The translations under genes were made by a program, and so were the position numbers. The notes under the pieces are model-generated. The model saw only the letters and a list, made by a program, of their open reading frames with translations, was not told the origin of the DNA and ran no database searches. From NCBI GenBank assembly GCA_965231215.1, contig OZ246423.1, positions 800,001-864,000 on the forward strand: DNA of 64,000 bases, written 5' to 3'. Below, piece by piece: positions 62,023 through 64,000 of this stretch. This DNA is from Candidatus Altimarinota bacterium (GTDB lineage Bacteria; Patescibacteriota; Gracilibacteria; UBA4473). Every line of letters starts with the position of its first letter. The first letter of the stretch is position 1.

Positions 62023-62341
62023 TCAATGGCCCATCATTGTTTTTTCACCAGAGCTTGACCTATTGTACTTAGGAGTTCTGGTTAATAGTTTGATGTATTT
62101 AGTGGTCTATCCTATGTGGGCCAAAAGTGACTGGAATCGTTTAGTTATAGGGGACACCATTGCTGGGCTTGGAGTTTTGACAGTAGTATTGGTTAATTAC
62201 TGGGGCAGTGAAATTAATATCCAAGTATTTGGAAATATATTCTTGAGTTGGTGGGTGTATTTTATTCTGATCTATTTTGTACTAGATAGTGTTTTCTTTG
62301 GTGTGTATTGGTGGCAGTTTCTAAAAATTGATAAAAAGTAA
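62015..62341 (+). CDS. small membrane protein
   Basis: Three hydrophobic segments; overlaps the ATPase stop. Confidence 0.6.
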   Translation: MFNQWPIIVFSPELDLLYLGVLVNSLMYLVVYPMWAKSDWNRLVIGDTIAGLGVLTVVLVNYWGSEINIQVFGNIFLSWWVYFILIYFVLDSVFFGVYWWQFLKIDKK

Positions 62342-62362
62342 AAAAAGTGTTATTATTATGAA

Positions 62363-62872
62363 ATGGGTTTAAATAAACTAACTTCATTTCCAGAAACAAT
62401 TAAGTTAGGTGAAGAAGTCTTATTTTTGGAATTCTCTCCAATCCTTGGTAAAATTGAGTCGGATGTGAAGGACTTTGTGGCTGAGTACTATATTAAGCCC
62501 GTAGGTCTTAGTGAAACTCGAATTAAGCAACTTGATAAAGCATTATGTTTAGAAGACCTGCTTATTGTTAGAAACCAAGAAAGGGAAATTGTTGGTTGTT
62601 TGGCTTCAGAGATTGAAGATAATGAACTTGGTTTAGTTGCTGTATGCCCAAAATATCAAAGGCGTGGGCTAGCCTTGCAGATGGGTGAGCTTGTTGTAAG
62701 TGAAATGTTAAAGCAAGCTAATGATGAATCAATTGAGATTTCAACTAGAGTGCAAACTGAAGCAGGAATGAAGCTGGTTGAGGAATTACAAAACAAAACT
62801 CCTGCTTCAGTTTCTATAGTTATTACTGAAGACCTGAGAGCTTTCTATCGAGAAAGAAAGAAAAAAAATTGA
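62363..62872 (+). CDS. GNAT family acetyltransferase
   Basis: LVAVCPKYQRRGLA acetyl-CoA motif A. Confidence 0.75.
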   Translation: MGLNKLTSFPETIKLGEEVLFLEFSPILGKIESDVKDFVAEYYIKPVGLSETRIKQLDKALCLEDLLIVRNQEREIVGCLASEIEDNELGLVAVCPKYQRRGLALQMGELVVSEMLKQANDESIEISTRVQTEAGMKLVEELQNKTPASVSIVITEDLRAFYRERKKKN

Positions 62873-62955
62873 GTCGCTCAAAAAGACCGTTTTGAAATAA
62901 ATGATTCGCCATGGTTCACAGGAATTTATTTTATATGGATATTTTCTCTCCTTAA

Positions 62956-63924
62956 CTACTTATTCCATGGCATTCTTTCCATCAAATGGGTGAAAAGCAT
63001 TTTGCCCGTTACTCCAATGAAGAGCAGCATAATCGCAATCGCAAAGATGATGATTTTTCCAATAAAAATACTTCCCGGAAGAGCCATTCCAATAATTAGA
63101 AAAAGCCCAAGGACAATATAAATTTGTCTTTGAGGGCCAGCATCAACAAATCCTTTTTTACTATTGCCGAGTTTGTGTTTGGTTTTGTTCCAAAATCCTT
63201 TTGGCTTTTCTTCCTTTTGGGTTGCCTGATCAGTTTCACTTTTAGGTTCGGTTTCTTCAGTTTTAGGTGCTGGCTTTGGTTCGGTTTCTTTTTTGGGTTC
63301 TTCTGCAGGCTTTTCGGTTGTTTTTTCTGCCTCTTGGTCGTTTGCTTCTGGTTGAGGTTCTTCTTTCTTTACTTCGTTTTGGGTTTCATTACTTTCTGTG
63401 TTTTCTGTCTTTTGCTCTTCTTGAGGGGCTTCTGGTTTAGAGTCTTCCCCGGTTTTGGCTTCGCTTTCTTCTTTTTTGGCAAAAGGGTTAATTTTGTTAA
63501 GGCCTCCACTTACGGCTCCAAAGGCATTTGAGGCTCCTTCTTTTACCTCACCTCCAGGATTATTGGCTTGAAGTGGTTCATTCCCAACAACGAGAGACTT
63601 TTGGGCATGACTCCAGGCTTCGATCCCTCCAGCGAGAATAAGGATAGATTTTTCTTTTTCAGTTCCATGAATGATATCTACGGCTTTTTCAACGCTTACT
63701 CCTTGGTTATGTGAGGCCAAAATAACCGTTTTTCCCTCAAAAGCGATTAAGTTATCTTTAAGGTCATCAAGTGGACAGTTTTTAAACCCCTTAATATGAC
63801 CTTGTTCAAACTCCTGTAGGCTCCGGATATCTACAAACAGATCATCAGAGGCAGCATTGTTGATTCGGTTTTCTAAGGCAGAAATTTCAATTTCTTCGGA
63901 AACGATTTGGATGTCATCAGCCAT
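62956..63924 (-). CDS. rhodanese-domain membrane protein
   Basis: VDIRSLQEFEQGHIKG...LAGGIEAW rhodanese motifs, long acidic linker, C-terminal TM pair ending MPWN (DUF2892-like). Confidence 0.8.
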   Translation of the reverse strand: MADDIQIVSEEIEISALENRINNAASDDLFVDIRSLQEFEQGHIKGFKNCPLDDLKDNLIAFEGKTVILASHNQGVSVEKAVDIIHGTEKEKSILILAGGIEAWSHAQKSLVVGNEPLQANNPGGEVKEGASNAFGAVSGGLNKINPFAKKEESEAKTGEDSKPEAPQEEQKTENTESNETQNEVKKEEPQPEANDQEAEKTTEKPAEEPKKETEPKPAPKTEETEPKSETDQATQKEEKPKGFWNKTKHKLGNSKKGFVDAGPQRQIYIVLGLFLIIGMALPGSIFIGKIIIFAIAIMLLFIGVTGKMLFTHLMERMPWNK

Positions 63925-64000
63925 TTTAAGGGCAATTGTTTACAAAATGTATCTAATCATTATATCACATGAGGTATGAAAAATAAAGGCTTAAACTCTA

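Overview
Chromosomal window of an AT-rich bacterium that looks like Patescibacteria/CPR, probably a Gracilibacteria/Peregrinibacteria-like lineage using genetic code 11 (inferred from the 16S signatures, VirB2-like pilins, stand-alone VirD4-like ATPase and giant surface proteins). It carries housekeeping genes (partial aroC, ftsK, mutY, folB, femX-like, gyrA, aroB, rnhB, clpC), three tRNAs (Ala, Lys, Thr) and a lone 16S rRNA gene with an atypical anti-Shine-Dalgarno tail. A ~9.4 kb island is integrated at tRNA-Lys. It encodes a large serine recombinase whose ORF runs into the tRNA, a tyrosine recombinase, an excisionase-like HTH, a wHTH regulator next to 11-bp-spaced repeats, and a membrane protein + HEPN-like cargo operon. 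There is also a cluster of very large secreted/surface proteins and an aspartate-family cluster (ppcA-aspC-asd remnant, ACT/HTH regulator, divergent dapA/dapB/hom). The strongest unannotated signal is a 19-aa Asn-rich leader peptide with a complete 1:2 / 2:3 / 3:4 attenuator geometry in front of ppcA-aspC, i.e. a candidate asparagine-sensing transcription attenuator. All calls come from reading the sequence by eye; no searches or folding programs were run.
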